Shown: in pieces, positions 23,664 through 36,167 of the stretch
Layout of the letters: every line of letters starts with the position of its first letter
Position numbering within the stretch: position 1 is the first letter of the stretch
The notes under the pieces: generated by a model
What the model saw: only the letters and a program-made list of their open reading frames with translations
What the model was told of the DNA's origin: nothing
Database searches by the model: none
Program-made: the position numbers and the translations under genes
Source of the DNA: Mobula hypostoma
Lineage: Eukaryota
Direction of reading: 5' to 3'
DNA length: 64,000 nucleotides
Assembly (NCBI RefSeq): GCF_963921235.1
Contig: NC_086109.1
Coordinates: forward strand, 16,556,001-16,620,000

Positions 23664-23807
23664 TCATCTCAGGATTTATCCCCATGCCAACCATTCCAGC
23701 TGAAACCAGCATCACAACCGAAGCCACTAGCACCACCAGCGTCGCACCCCCAACCACCGCTGTCACCGAATTCGTTCCGCCAGCCGTCACAGGCACTCAC
23801 ATATATG
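23664..23807 (+). CDS. NFASC: Neurofascin mucin-like PAT (Pro/Ala/Thr-rich) exon, NF186-type
   Basis: Acceptor ccctgcctctCAG|, 144 nt, donor G|GTATCT. Encodes VISGFIPMPTIPAETSITTEATSTTSVAPPTTAVTEFVPPAVTGTHIY; GTHIYEEAP across the junction resembles mammalian GTKIHESAP. Confidence 0.88.
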
Positions 23808-23914
23808 GTATCTGATCTTTGCTGGTACTATTATCCACGATGAGTGTAAACATTCACTGAGCTATTGCCACCAATCCTAATGAATTAACTGGTGCTTAGG
23901 TGGTCAAGCACCTC

Positions 23915-24370
23915 TGATTTTGAACGATTTGTCGTATGAAGAGCGTTCGATAGCTCTGGGCCTGTATGCACCAGAGTTCAGAAGAATGAGGCGTCACCTC
24001 AATGAAACCTATTGAATAGTGAAAGGCCTTGATAGAGTAGATGTGGTAAGGATGTTTCCTACGGTGGCAGAGTCTAAGACCAGAGGACTCAGCCTCAGAA
24101 TAGAGGGGTGTCCTTTTAGAACAGAGATGAGGAGGAATTTCTGTAGCCAGAGAGTAGTGATTCTGTGGAATTCATTGCACAGGCAGCTGTGGAGGCCAAG
24201 TGTTTACGAATATTTAAGGCAGAGATTGATAGATCTGTGATTGAAGGGATACAGCGGAAAGACGAGAGATTAGGGCTGAGAGGAAAATTGGATCAGCCAT
24301 GATGAAATGGCAGAGCAGACTCGATGGGCTAAATGGCCTAATTCTGTTCCTATGTCTTATGGTCTTGTGG
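23915..24370 (+). mobile_element. CR1 3' fragment
   Basis: ORF 24019..24240 KGLDRVDV.RMFP..ESKTRG.SLRIEG.PFRTEMRRNF. Confidence 0.85.
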
Positions 24371-24619
24371 TCTAATGATTGATTTAAAATGTAAATTAAA
24401 AACTGTGGAAGCCAATGTGCACTGATGGTGCAGTGCAATGCAGTGAGTTTGCTACAGAGACAGTGCCATTTTTAAGGAAGGTTTCCACGTGATAGTTTCT
24501 CTGTGCTGTTGCCTTCTCAGCAGTATCTAACTACCTGTCACTGTTAGCTGAAGGACAGCTCAAACCCACAACATGTGTTTGTAAATCTAGCATTATGCTC
24601 TTCAGACAGGCATGCTACT

Positions 24620-25185
24620 TCGGAGTCTTCGTAGGGCATTGATCAGACTGTATTTGGAGTTTTGTGAGCAGTTTTCTTCCCACATTTAAGAAAGGGTGTG
24701 CTGGCATTGCAGAGGATTGAGAGGAAGTTTATAAGAACAATCCCAGGAGTGAAAACGTTAACGTATGAGGAACGTTTGATGGCTCTGGGCCTGTACTCAC
24801 TGGGGTTCAGAAGAGTGAGGAAGAGCTTATGAAGTCTACCAAATATTGAAAGATCTAGATTGAATGGACGTGCAGAGGATGTTTCAGATAGTGGAGGAGT
24901 CTTGGATCAGCTGTCACAGCCTCAGAACAGAAAAACATTCCTTTAGATTAGAGATGAAGAGGAATTCCTTTAGCCAAAGGATGGTGAATCTGTGGAATTC
25001 ATTGCCACAGGTGGCTGTGGAAACCAAGTCATTGGATGTATTTAAAGCAGAGGTTGGTAGAAGTTCTCAATTAGTAAGGATATCAAACAGGGAGAACAAG
25101 GTTGAGAGAGAAAATAAATCAGCCATGATTGAATGGCGAACCCAACTCGATGGGCCAAGTGGCTTAATTCTGCTTCTGTGCTCTT
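24620..25185 (+). mobile_element. CR1 3' fragment
   Basis: ORF 24864..25358 SFSQRMVNLWNSLPQVAVE. Confidence 0.85.
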
Positions 25186-26899
25186 CTGAAAACTATGCTC
25201 ATACATTAGAAGCATATCTGCAGAGGCTTGTATTTAGTGCCCATCCCTTAATGCCCTGGGGAGGCGATGGTGATAAACTTCCTCCTATAACTGCTGCAAT
25301 CCCCGTAGTGAAAGGGAGCCATTATATATTAATGACAAAGATTGCAGTAAACCAGTGAAGCACAGGATGTATCTAAAACATCTAAGAATGGGAATAAACA
25401 GTCCACGTTTCGAGCTGAGGTCCTCAACGGGACTCATTATTAGGTAACTATAGTGTGCTGCATTTACATGAATGCCACTGTTGTAAGAATGGCATTAATA
25501 AAGTGTAAAGGTTAAAAGAATGTCCAATTCTAAATGCATTACATAGGTAGGTTATGGTACGTGACAGTGCTGACTTTGACAGCATTTCTACATATTCAGT
25601 CCACAGTGGAGCCAGATACAAGATATTTCAGCATTAAAGTAAAAGGAAATGTTGGTCAATACCAGTTCTGTCTCTGCTGTCACCTTTCATCGTTGTAGAT
25701 TTAGAGATGCAGCACAGTAAAAGCCTCTTCTGGCACGTCAAATCCATGCCAACTTTCCTTATCTTAATGTTAGCTCAAGTAATCACATTCCTGTCTTTCT
25801 TTTGTATTAAATATGTTGTAAATATTTAATCATACTGTAACTATGATGCCAAACACTAGGATCAATACTGTCCTGGTATTGAATTGAATGGGACAATTCA
25901 ACAGAATTTGTTGTTCTGACTAAATGTCTGACTTAATTGGATGAATTATTGAATCTCAGAAATTACAAGTACACAAATAGACCATTCAGCCCTTTGTACT
26001 GGTTCCAGTAAAATAAAAATCAAGTAGAAATCTTGAAAATCAGAAATGGAAACCGAAAATGTTGGATGTACTCAACAGGTCAGGCAGCATCAGTGAAGAA
26101 GAGTTAACATTAAAAAATATGTAATCCTCCTAGTAGTTATATGGGTATCTGCCAGCAGTTTACTGCACAATCCATTCCATTTTCTTTTTGTGAAGTCTAC
26201 ATCTTTCGTATAGATGAAGAACATTTTAATGCTCGGAGATTGTTAACCAATGTTGCAATATCTGCCAAATAACTGCTTGAATTTGTTTGAAGCAGGGATT
26301 TTTTTTATTGCAATTAACGTGCAGCCCATTTCTGGGCATGATATGTTGAAAGGACGAGAAGACTATGTGCGAGGCACCAATAGCAAGAAACAAATTGCTA
26401 GAAGAACTAGCATCTGTGGAGTAAAAGGTTTGGTTGACATTTCAGGTCACGGCTCTGCACCGGGATTCAATAGTCCAAAAGATAGACCTCTACGGTTGCT
26501 GCCTGACCTTCTGGGCTCATCCAGTGGTTCATTCTCCGTTCTAGGTTCCAGCATCTGCAGTCTCTTGCATCGCAGTGTGGTTGACCAAGCTGGCACCGTT
26601 ACTGTGAAGAGCTGGAATAGCTTGCTTTGGCACAGTGAAAATTGTGCAAAGATTTACTGGAGGCATTGAACATGAACGTTGGGCCCTGAGAAAGTAAGCA
26701 GGGATGAACTATTCTAACAGGTAGAAGAGTTGCTAGCCAGGAGGCAAATTGAAGATAATTGGCAAAATAATTAAGAGGGGATATTCAGTGAATAAGTTCA
26801 GCAAGCTTTTGTGGAGAGAACTGCCCTACTTGAAAGGTAATGGAACCAGATTGGAGATGAAACCTCCAAAGGAAATTCAATAAATAACATCAAGAGAAA

Positions 26900-27463
26900 A
26901 GTTACATGGGAAGACCAGAGGAGTGGGGCAAATTGGAGATCTCCTACAGAGAGCCACTATAAAGTTACATTGGAAGACCAGAGGAGAGGGTGGACGAATT
27001 GGAAACCTCCTCGGACAGCCAGCATGAAGCTACGTGGGAAGAACAGAGGAGAGGGTAGACGAATTGGAAACCTCCTCGGACAGCCAGCATGAAGCTACGT
27101 GGGAAGAACAGAGGAGTGGGACGAATTGGAAACCTCCTCGGACAGCCAGCATGAAGCTACGTGGGAAGAACAGAGGAGGGGGTGCAAATTGGAAACCTCC
27201 TCGGACAGCCAGCATGAAGCTACGTGGGAAGAACAGAGGAGTGGGACGAATTGGAGACCTCCTCAGACAGCCAGCATGAAGCTACATAGAAAGACCAGAG
27301 GAGTGGGACAAATTGGAGACCTCCTACGGACAGCCAGCATGAAGCTACATAGAAAGACCAGAGAAGTGGGACGAATTGGAGACTCCCTACGGACAGCCAG
27401 CATGAAGCTACGTGGGAAGACCAGAGGAATGGGACGAATCGGAGACCTCCTACGGACAGCCAG
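26900..27463 (+). repeat. Minisatellite, ~9 copies of a 62-65 bp unit
   Basis: GAAGCTAC anchors at 27026, 27091, 27153, 27216, 27278, 27341 and 27404, plus two more diverged upstream copies. Confidence 0.95.
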
Positions 27464-27554
27464 CTTAAGTAGAATAGCTGAAGCCGCTGAGTGAATATCC
27501 CAAGCTTCAGTTGAACTCTGACAGTGAGGGTGACAGCTTGTTTGGAAGGATCCA

Positions 27555-27762
27555 GTGGTTATTTATTTAGAGATACAGCATACCTTCGCGGGCCCACATC
27601 CAAAACCAATTAACCTATTGACCTGTACGTCTTTGGAATGCGGGAGGAAGCCAGAGCACCCAGAGGAAACCCACACGGACACGGGAAGAACATACAAGCT
27701 CCTTACAGACAGCTGGCCACTGATGTTGCCGCAGCTTTATGCTAACCATTATGCTCCTTTGC
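27555..27762 (-). mobile_element. SINE fragment
   Basis: Same family as 14620-14905 (CTSLECGRKPEHPEETH on +). Confidence 0.75.
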
Positions 27763-27895
27763 CAGGTTTTGTTAGGCTTCCGGTCAACCCTATGTAATGT
27801 GTGTCTAGAATTTGGGTTGTGGGCATGAACCCAACAGTGAGTGGACAACCGTTGCATGCTCCGGTCGGGGATCTGGCCTCTGCTCCCCTCCACCT

Positions 27896-27897
<2 letters not shown>

Positions 27898-27927
<30 letters not shown>
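27898..27927. repeat. (TC)n microsatellite serving as the polypyrimidine tract of the FN5 exon
   Basis: Lies about 13 nt upstream of the exon starting at 27941. Confidence 0.9.
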
Positions 27928-27930
<3 letters not shown>

Positions 27931-27940
27931 GCCTGTTTAG

Positions 27941-28060
27941 AGGAAGCTCCTGGTAGAATTTGGAACCTCACTACATCAGCAGGCAATGACTATGTCAATG
28001 TCACGTGGAATCACGATTTCCCGAGCGAAATGGCCGAGTTTATGGTTGAATACATTCACA
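27941..28060 (+). CDS. NFASC: Neurofascin fifth FnIII domain, first exon
   Basis: (TC)n tract then tttAG|; 120 nt; donor A|GTAAGC. Encodes EAPGRIWNLTTSAGNDYVNVTWNHDFPSEMAEFMVEYIH (IWN..N.TW.H.F....F.VEYI pattern of NFASC FN5). Confidence 0.92.
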
Positions 28061-29064
28061 GTAAGCACTGCTCTATGCTCTGTACACATGCGGCCAGTGA
28101 TCTGGATGGGACAGGAGTGCAATGCTAGCAATCGCCGTTCTGCATCCCAGTCTGGCCCTGGGTGGAGGTGCTGCTATACAGAACTACAGAGCCTTGCCCT
28201 TGAGGTATGGGCAGTGAGGAAGGGGAACTTCAGGTGGTGAGAGACTGCTAGGACAGGGTTGGAATTAAGGGGAAGCATTATCAGTGGAGGGGACACTGGG
28301 CATTTTACAGATCTCCGAGAGAAGAGTGGAGGGGTTGGAAGATACCAGACAGGGTGTCACTTAAGAGGTCAGAAAGCCTGAGAGGCTCCGGAGTGGGATT
28401 TGTGACACTGGGGACTTGGTCCATCCCCAATACACCCCTCCACCCCACCACACACATTTTGGGTCCATTCACAGGGACAGCAGCACCATGTCCACTCTCT
28501 CTGGCCCAGTGTGGCCTCCAGTGGAAGGTCGGCAATGGGACCAAAGGGGGGATCAGAATCAAACCCAGCTCTAATGGCAACAGATAGTCCACACTGGATC
28601 CATGGGTGTTGCCCCTATGTTACATTCAACTCAAGCGGAGGGGAGCCTCATCTCCCCGTTGACTGAATAATTCGGATATTTGCCTGTCCCACTGGAGATG
28701 GCATCTCGATCAGCTCCAGTCAGCTAGAATTCCCCATAATCCCTCTGTGTGGGTACTGGCCAGCATGCTTTGTGGATTATACACCCATATGTGATGACCC
28801 AAAACATAGCACCTCTGCTCTTAAGCTGGTACTCCTGGGATAGATCAGAAGGTTGGTGATAACTGGCAGAACGTGTGTAGCAGGAGATCTCGTCTGGGCT
28901 GTGAGAGTTGGGGATGGAAGGCTCTGAGGAAGGAGTGGAGTACAGGGAGCTTTGTCTCACCATCCTCACCGCAGGACAGAGTTGTAATGTTGTCCCCCCG
29001 CCAGCAGAGGCAGCCTCCAAGGAGTTGACCTGAATCTCTTGTCTCCTTCACGCACGACTGACAG

Positions 29065-29217
29065 GTAATGGCACGGTGAAACAGGAACAGGTGAAGGTCG
29101 GTCGGAACACTACCCAAATCCTGGGCTTAACACCCGGCATCCAGTACAAAGTGCGAGTGTACTCCGCCCTGTTCCCGTTTGTCACCAGCAACGCCACCAC
29201 CATTGAGACCAGCCCAG
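29065..29217 (+). CDS. NFASC: Neurofascin fifth FnIII domain, second exon
   Basis: acAG| acceptor, 153 nt, G|GTGAGG donor. Encodes SNGTVKQEQVKVGRNTTQILGLTPGIQYKVRVYSALFPFVTSNATTIETSP with the FnIII L.PG..Y.VRV signature; overlaps ORF 29076..29423. Confidence 0.92.
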
Positions 29218-32200
29218 GTGAGGTCGGACAAAGCCTTGCACATGCATGCCTGTGTGCCACGCTGCCCTCCCTCCGCATCCCCCACTGTTCTCCCGCTCAC
29301 GGCACGGCGGAACCAGGCAGGGGCATGAAAGCCAGCGAAGAGTGCGGATCTTGCCCTTGTTTGGCCATGCATGGCTTGTCACTGCTCCTTGCATTAGGGG
29401 GTTTGCCTGCCTTCTGTAAGTGATAAAATCCAACAGGAAGAGTAGGCATCTCCTGATAAGACGTATCCAAGTCACCTAAAGCCAAGGTGGGACAGTGACC
29501 AGAGGACCCAAGCTCCATGAGGCAGGAGCAGTTTAGGGAGTCACTTGGCAAGGCCATCCTATTCCTAGGGGTGGCATGGACCAATCTCCTCCATCAGCAT
29601 AAACATGATGTCCCTCTCTCATCTGTACCTTATGATTCTTACTGTATGTTCATTCTTGATTCGCTGTAACATCAGGCATATGTCAAGTGTTGTATAGCAC
29701 AGGAATAGGCCCTTCAGCACGTCAAATCTATGCTGACCATTGGACTTATCTATGCTAGTCCTATTTATTGGCGTTCAGTTCATAGACTTCCATGCCTTGG
29801 TGAATCAAGCAGCTTTCCAGATTCTGCTCGATGTATTTTTTGTCCTTGAACGTACCTGCCTCTACCAGCTTCTCAGCAGTATGCCTTTGTGTTTCAAACT
29901 TCCATGTGCCTTCCCATCCCTTGAGGCTTTGCATCAGCAACTCCAAATAGGAATATGTCCATTAGAAATAAAAATGGAAGGTGGACCAAGGTCACAAGGC
30001 CACATCCTCCATGGCTCCAGTTGGTAATGACAGGGAGATGCAACTCAGAGAGGGGCTTCTTCACAAAGACGCCTTTTGGGACATCCATCTTGGAACGATT
30101 GCCCCCTCTTTTCCCCAAACAGATTTTACCCTCTCCAGGACCACCTCTTGAAGATTCCATATGAAGGAGTGCACCCTGATGTCACGAGTCTTTTATACAT
30201 TATTTTAAATACTTTTATCATTGTGGCATATACTGAGTTATAGTGAAAAACTCTGTTTTGCCTGCCACCCATACATTACATCACATCGGTACATTGAGGT
30301 AGTACAAGTGAAAAACAAGAACAAAGTGCAGAATAAAGTGTTAGTTACAGAGTAAGTGCAGTGTAGGCAGACAATAAGATGCAAGGATATAACAGGGTAG
30401 ACTGTGAGGTGAAGAATCCATTTTATTGTAATAAATAGACTTTTCCTATTCCTATGATATTTCCACAGTCTTGTCCCTCTCAGGTCTATTGTTCGCAGTG
30501 ATTTAGAAGTTTATTAGCTTATTTAAACTTCCACTACTCTCCCTCTGTGTCCCACACGGCTTAGCAGTGAGCTCTTTGTGCCACTTAACAGCCAGACTGG
30601 TGCAGAGGTGTTGCTTCCTTCAGAATTCACTGTCCACAGCAATTCCTCCTGAGAATGTTGTGAAAGAAACCTCCAACCAGCTAATATTCCAGTGTAGTAT
30701 GCTCCCACCCCCCCACCCCCACAAGTCCTGATTTTAGACCCATCTCCCACTCGCTACACCAAGCCACTCCATCCACCATGCTCTGCATGTTCCATGGGCC
30801 AAGCCTGCATGGTGAAGGTGCAGGTGGCATCTGCTGTGCATGTGCGAGGGCGTGTGTGTATGTTTACAAGTGCACGTCGTTACCTGTGGGGCTGTCGCTT
30901 CCTGCCTCCTCCCTGATTACTGTCCGAAATACCGGTGTAAACAACATGCGTTTCCATCTGCTCCGCAATACAACCTCATTGCCATTTTCTGCTCGATTGC
31001 CTGACCGTGACTTTGGTCGCATTGCCAGTGGCTTTATCACATGATGGCTTTCTGCTGTAAGCGCTTTTCTGTGTAAGTATCACACAGTTGCTTGTTTATA
31101 GGACCTCTCCTAGCAAGTACTGGCACCGATAATGGTATTGGCTTATTATTGTCACATGTTGAATGCAAACGTATCAAAGTACGTATATGTCACCATAAAC
31201 AACCCTGAGATTCATTTTCTTGCAGGCAATCACAGTAAATACAAGAAACACACGGGGCAAAAAAAAAGCTATGCTTTACAAAAAGAAAGAGAAAAAAATA
31301 TACAGTATCATGTACCAGGATACAATGAAAAGCCTTCCTTGCATCTTATTCATATAGATCAAATTATTACACAGTGCAAGGTATAACAATAATATTGCAG
31401 AATAAAGTGTAACAGCTACAGATAAGGTGCAGTGCAGGTAAACAGTAAAGTTCAAGATCATATCAAGGTAGATTGTGAGGTCAAGAGTCTATCTTATCAT
31501 ACAAGAGCCTGATCACATTGGGAGTCTAGTTAAGAACAGTGTTGCCAACCTCAGTGTATGCTGAACTGTTGTCATCCAAAGTTCCCAGATGACAAGGGGT
31601 ATAGATCATCCAGATCGAGATCAGGGGATCGGGGAGGAGAGGGAGACCACGATCAGCGATCAGGGTGGGATTGGGCAGTTCAGTTATTGAAAGACCGGTA
31701 GGTGTCAGACTGCTTAGTTTTATGTAGTTCATCATCTCTAATAGGGAGCCGGGACTTTGACGAAGCTTGCCAGGGGTGCATATTTGAAGCAGGCATGTAA
31801 TTTGATAGATACGTAGCAGATTGTGTCAGATGTAAATGCTGCCCTCACTGGGAAGGTCCTGTTGATTTTCAGAAAGATGCAAAACAACCAGGAATGGTCA
31901 CTGAGGCACCAGTCCAGAAAAGGTTGGTTTTCAATTATGTAGCATTGAAATAAACATCGTCATACCCTCGAATTTAAAGGTCAAGTCACCTGCAAAGTTT
32001 TATGTCTCCTCCGTTTACCAATAATTTTTTAGAACTAGTGAACTTCTGGACAAAGAAAAGCACCACTTCAAACATTTCTGAGTTGTTTTGGGGGTGATTT
32101 TGCCTCCCCCATGTTCAGTCGCTTCATTATTCAGTTTTACTTTTCAATAGTAAAAGCTGGAAATGCTGCACAGATCAGGCAGCATCTGCGGAGAGAGAAA

Positions 32201-32444
32201 CATGGCTAACTTTTCAGTTTGTTCCTCCTGCACCAGAGCTGGATGAGTGGGAAAGTACACATGTATTTCTTTGCAAAGATGGGGAGGGGTGGAGAGAGCG
32301 AAGGGAATGTCTGTGGTGGGGGTGGAGAGGGCACATTCACTCCTGGCACTGTCCAAGAAAAGGAACATTAATGCTTATTGGCTGTGGCTGATGTTTCTAG
32401 ACCTGTGAGACACAGAACTCAGTAGATGCTGAAAATAGAACACG

Positions 32445-33140
32445 GAAGATTACACGATAGTGCAGGCTTTTGTCCACCATGTTGTACCATCTTTTTAACC
32501 CACTCTAAGATCAATCCAACCCTTCCCTCCCACATAGGCCACCATTTTTCTCTCTTCCATGGGCCTATCTAAGAGTCTTACTAAATGTCCCTAATGTATC
32601 ACCACTGTGTAAAAAGAATACCTCTGACATCCTCCCTATACCTGCCTCCAATCATATTAAAATAATGCACCCTTGTATAGCCATTTCCGCTCTGGGAAAA
32701 AACAATCTCTGGCTGTCCACTCGATCTATGCCTCTTATCTTCTTGTACACCTCTAATGCAGCACCTCTCATCCTCCTTCACTCCAAAGAGAAAGCACTAA
32801 CTCACTCAAACTATTCTTATAAGGCATGCTCTTCAATCCAGCAGCATCCTGGTAAATCTCCTCTCCTCTGCACCCTTTCTAAAGCTTCCACATCTTTCCT
32901 GTGAGGTGACCAGAACTGAACACAATACTCCCAAGTGTGGTCTAACCAGAGTTGCATAAATCTGCAATATTACCTTCCGGCTCTTGAACTCAATCCCCAA
33001 CTAATGAAGGCCAACACACCGTAGGACCCTCTTAACTCCCCCTATCAACTTGTGTAGCAATGCTGAGAGATCTATGGACGTGGAACCCAAGCATCCTGTG
33101 TTTCTCCACGCCGCTAAGACTCCTGCCATTAACCTTGTAT
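32445..33140 (-). mobile_element. CR1 ORF2 3' fragment
   Basis: Complement of LEYCVQFWSP (GGTGACCAGAACTGAACACAATACTCC) and a CR1 tail. Confidence 0.8.
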
Positions 33141-34789
33141 TCAAACTAAAGATGAATCTGAAAATATTCAGCAATTCAGACAGCAGCTGTGGAGAGAGAA
33201 ACACTGGATTATTGTCATAGGTGGATGACCTTACAGCAGAACTGGCCATTTATAACTGAACCAGGAAAAACTGGTCATTTACCAGTCCATTGTTCTCACT
33301 GCCCGTTTCCCTCTCGGTAACTTAACACATGTTCACCTTGAAATGCTTATTCTATTTCTTATTACAAAAATGCTGCTGGAGCTACTGAGAGTTATTTTTT
33401 CCAGTTTTATTTCAGGATTACTGTACAGCATCTGCTGTCTTCTACTCTACCACTGCACTTCAATTAACTGCACCCTCCGGTGGTGACTATGTGTACTGCT
33501 GTAGACTGCTGCAGGCAATGTATGTCGCTCTGTGCATGCTGCTACCATCTGCTGCTTCGGATAGACATTGCAGTTCTGTTTTGTCAGATCTGTTCTGTGT
33601 ACCTGTTGTACCAGAGTTGTGCTGTGAAGCCCAGTGGTTGTGCTAACAACCCATGCCATGAATACATGGGGTGATATTCTGCTGTATCAAGCAAGCAGTA
33701 GACTAGTGGAATGTTACAGGTATACAATGTATCTTGGTAAGTTGTTATGACAGAAGTTGTACAGAAGTGTGAAGAGATTTCTCTGCATTCATTCAGGCAA
33801 CAGTACAGAAGAGATTTGAACTTGAATCCAAACACTATCCATTTTCACCCAGTCCCAAGCCCAAGCAAGGATCCATTTGATTCTAGCTCCAAAAACCCAC
33901 TGCTGGAATGCTGAGACCTTAGTCCAGGGACTCAAGTTCAGGACGCAATGGTGATCAGCATCTGCCGCCTCTGATGGGGATGGTATGCTTCAGAGCAATT
34001 CAGAACCTCAGTGCCAGTGGCCCCCAGCACGAAAAGGAACCTGGTTGTGAAGGACCTCAGAGAACTTCATGTCATTCCGGACCTTGGTGGACCTCGTAGT
34101 GATGGTGTTGGCACTAAAGGACAGCGTCCAGTTCCAACACCAGCTGGAAAGAGGCTTGTTCTGCTGATGTGCCATTGTTGTCGTTGCTGCTGCTTGTGTT
34201 GTGCTGCTGAACATGATGGGCATGCTGAGTTGGCAACATTTGCAGGCTGCTTGGGTTGTGTTGCTTGTTAACACAGCAGTGCATTTCACTGTATACTCTA
34301 GTGTACATGTGATAAATAAATGAACTTTAATCAGAGTCCATCCCACATTGGTGGAGAGCCTTGTGTAAATGAGAAGTGCATTGGGGTTCCAGTCAGCGGG
34401 AAGTTGAATCGAGGAGCTTGCTCCATGGCAGTGTGGAGATTTACCACATGATGGGTTCCTCACCTGCTCCTTTCCAGCAGGGGTGAAGAGGATATGCTAG
34501 GTTAGAATTAGCTGTGCTGAAGAAGGAAACCAAAGAGAGAGCCACTGACTTATCAAGTAGGCTGTGATTGCATGTGCTGGAATAGTAAACTAATAAGCGG
34601 AAAAACAGAGCACATTGTAAACAAATTTAAGGAGGATTTTATGGCTATTTTACAGACAGGATTTTGGAACTCAGATCAAGGCTTGATTGGAAAGTGTTAA
34701 CAACTGTTGGTCCACTGTGGTCTCTTCAGATCAGTCCAGAGTTTGCTGTGAGCAGATTCTCCCACATAACACCATGTTATTTTTTCCAG

Positions 34790-34921
34790 CTTTCACCAGC
34801 AACCATGTTTCCATCGCCACTCAAGGCTGGTTCATCGGCCTGATGTGTGCGGTGGCTCTCCTGGTTCTCATCCTGCTGATCGTGTGCTTCATTAAGAGGA
34901 GCAAAGGAGGCAAGTACCCAG
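34790..34921 (+). CDS. NFASC: Neurofascin transmembrane exon
   Basis: tttttcCAG|, 132 nt, [57 protein letters not shown] fits neurofascin rather than NrCAM (CFIRRN). Confidence 0.97.
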
Positions 34922-35153
34922 GTAAGAAGCAGAAATTATAACCTTCCACTCCTCTCTGCTCTCTACTCTAGTGATCCTGTTGGGTGAGGGCCCATCTGTC
35001 ATTCATGAGGCCCTGCCTCTCATTCTTGGCTTCAGTTCTAGCCAGGCAGCAGGGTGGACAGTTTCTTGATGACGTTAGCTCTGTAGACCCTCCACCTTGC
35101 CTCCATGGTATAAGTCTATTGGTCAATCCCTTTTATCAGGAAGATTTGATCAG

Positions 35154-35685
35154 CAATAGACAATAGACAATAGGTGCAGGAGTAGGCCATTCGGCCCTTC
35201 GAGCCAGCACCGCCATTCACTGTGATCATGGCTGATCATCCACAATCCAGTTCTTGCTTTATCCCCATAACATTTGATTCCGCTATCTTTAAGAGCTCTA
35301 TCCATCTCTTTCTTGAAAGCATCCAGAGACTTGGCCTCCACAGCCTTCTGGGGCAGAGCATTCCATATATCCACCACTCTCTGGGTGAAAAAGTTTTTGC
35401 TCAACTCCGTTCTAAATGGCCTACCCCTTATTCTTAAACTGTGGCCTCTGGTTCTGGACTCACCCATCAGCGGGAATATGCTTCCTGCCTCCAGCATGTC
35501 CAATCCCTTAATAATCTTATATGTTTCAATAAGATCCCCTCTCAGCCTTCTAAATTCCAAGAGTATACAAGCCCAGTCGCTCCAATCTTTCAATATGTGA
35601 TAGTTCCGCCATCCCAGGAATTAACCTTGTGAACCTACGCTGCACTCCCTCAATAGCAAGAATGTCCTTCCTCAAATTTGGAGAG
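35154..35685 (-). mobile_element. Relatively young CR1 3' fragment
   Basis: ORF 35150..35593 EFRRLRGDLIETYKIIKGLD..ESRTRGHSLRIRG..FFTQRVVDIWNALP; (CAATAGA)n tail. Confidence 0.92.
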
Positions 35686-36167
35686 CAGTGTTAGCACATC
35701 CTGTTCTTTAGACATAGGCCTGTTAGATCAAGATCTGGCATTGAATCTCTTACCCATCTTTCTCTCAATAACCCAAATGGAAACTGCTAGAACCATCATG
35801 TCAGGACATGTATCTTAAAGAGGAAGTTTCAAAGCTAAATCAGTCTGTTTAAAAGTTGACTGTGAGGGATTGATATTGCCCCTCCAATAGCCCTGGACCT
35901 GGATAGTGGACCTAGACCATTTGTGAAGTGGCAATAAAGTAGAACGTGGTTTTCCTATCCTTCTTGCCCAAGGAGTAAAGGAAAGTGTTGCTCTCTGACA
36001 CCAAATCTCCAGCTCCATTGCTCTGTACAGTTTCATTGTGGCTGTGCATGGAGCGGGATTTTAGAGTGAGTTCATCTGGTCCAGGATCTTCTCAATGTGC
36101 TCATGCTTCTGTGATAGTTGGAAGTAATGCCCTCATTTCTAGCTTTGTTTATCTGGGCTCAGAATGA

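Noticed and set aside
26900..27463. Regular repeats resembling a CRISPR array; repetitive ORFs 27034..27494
   Set aside because: No unique spacers and no cas genes, in a vertebrate intron; the ORFs are by-products of the tandem array.
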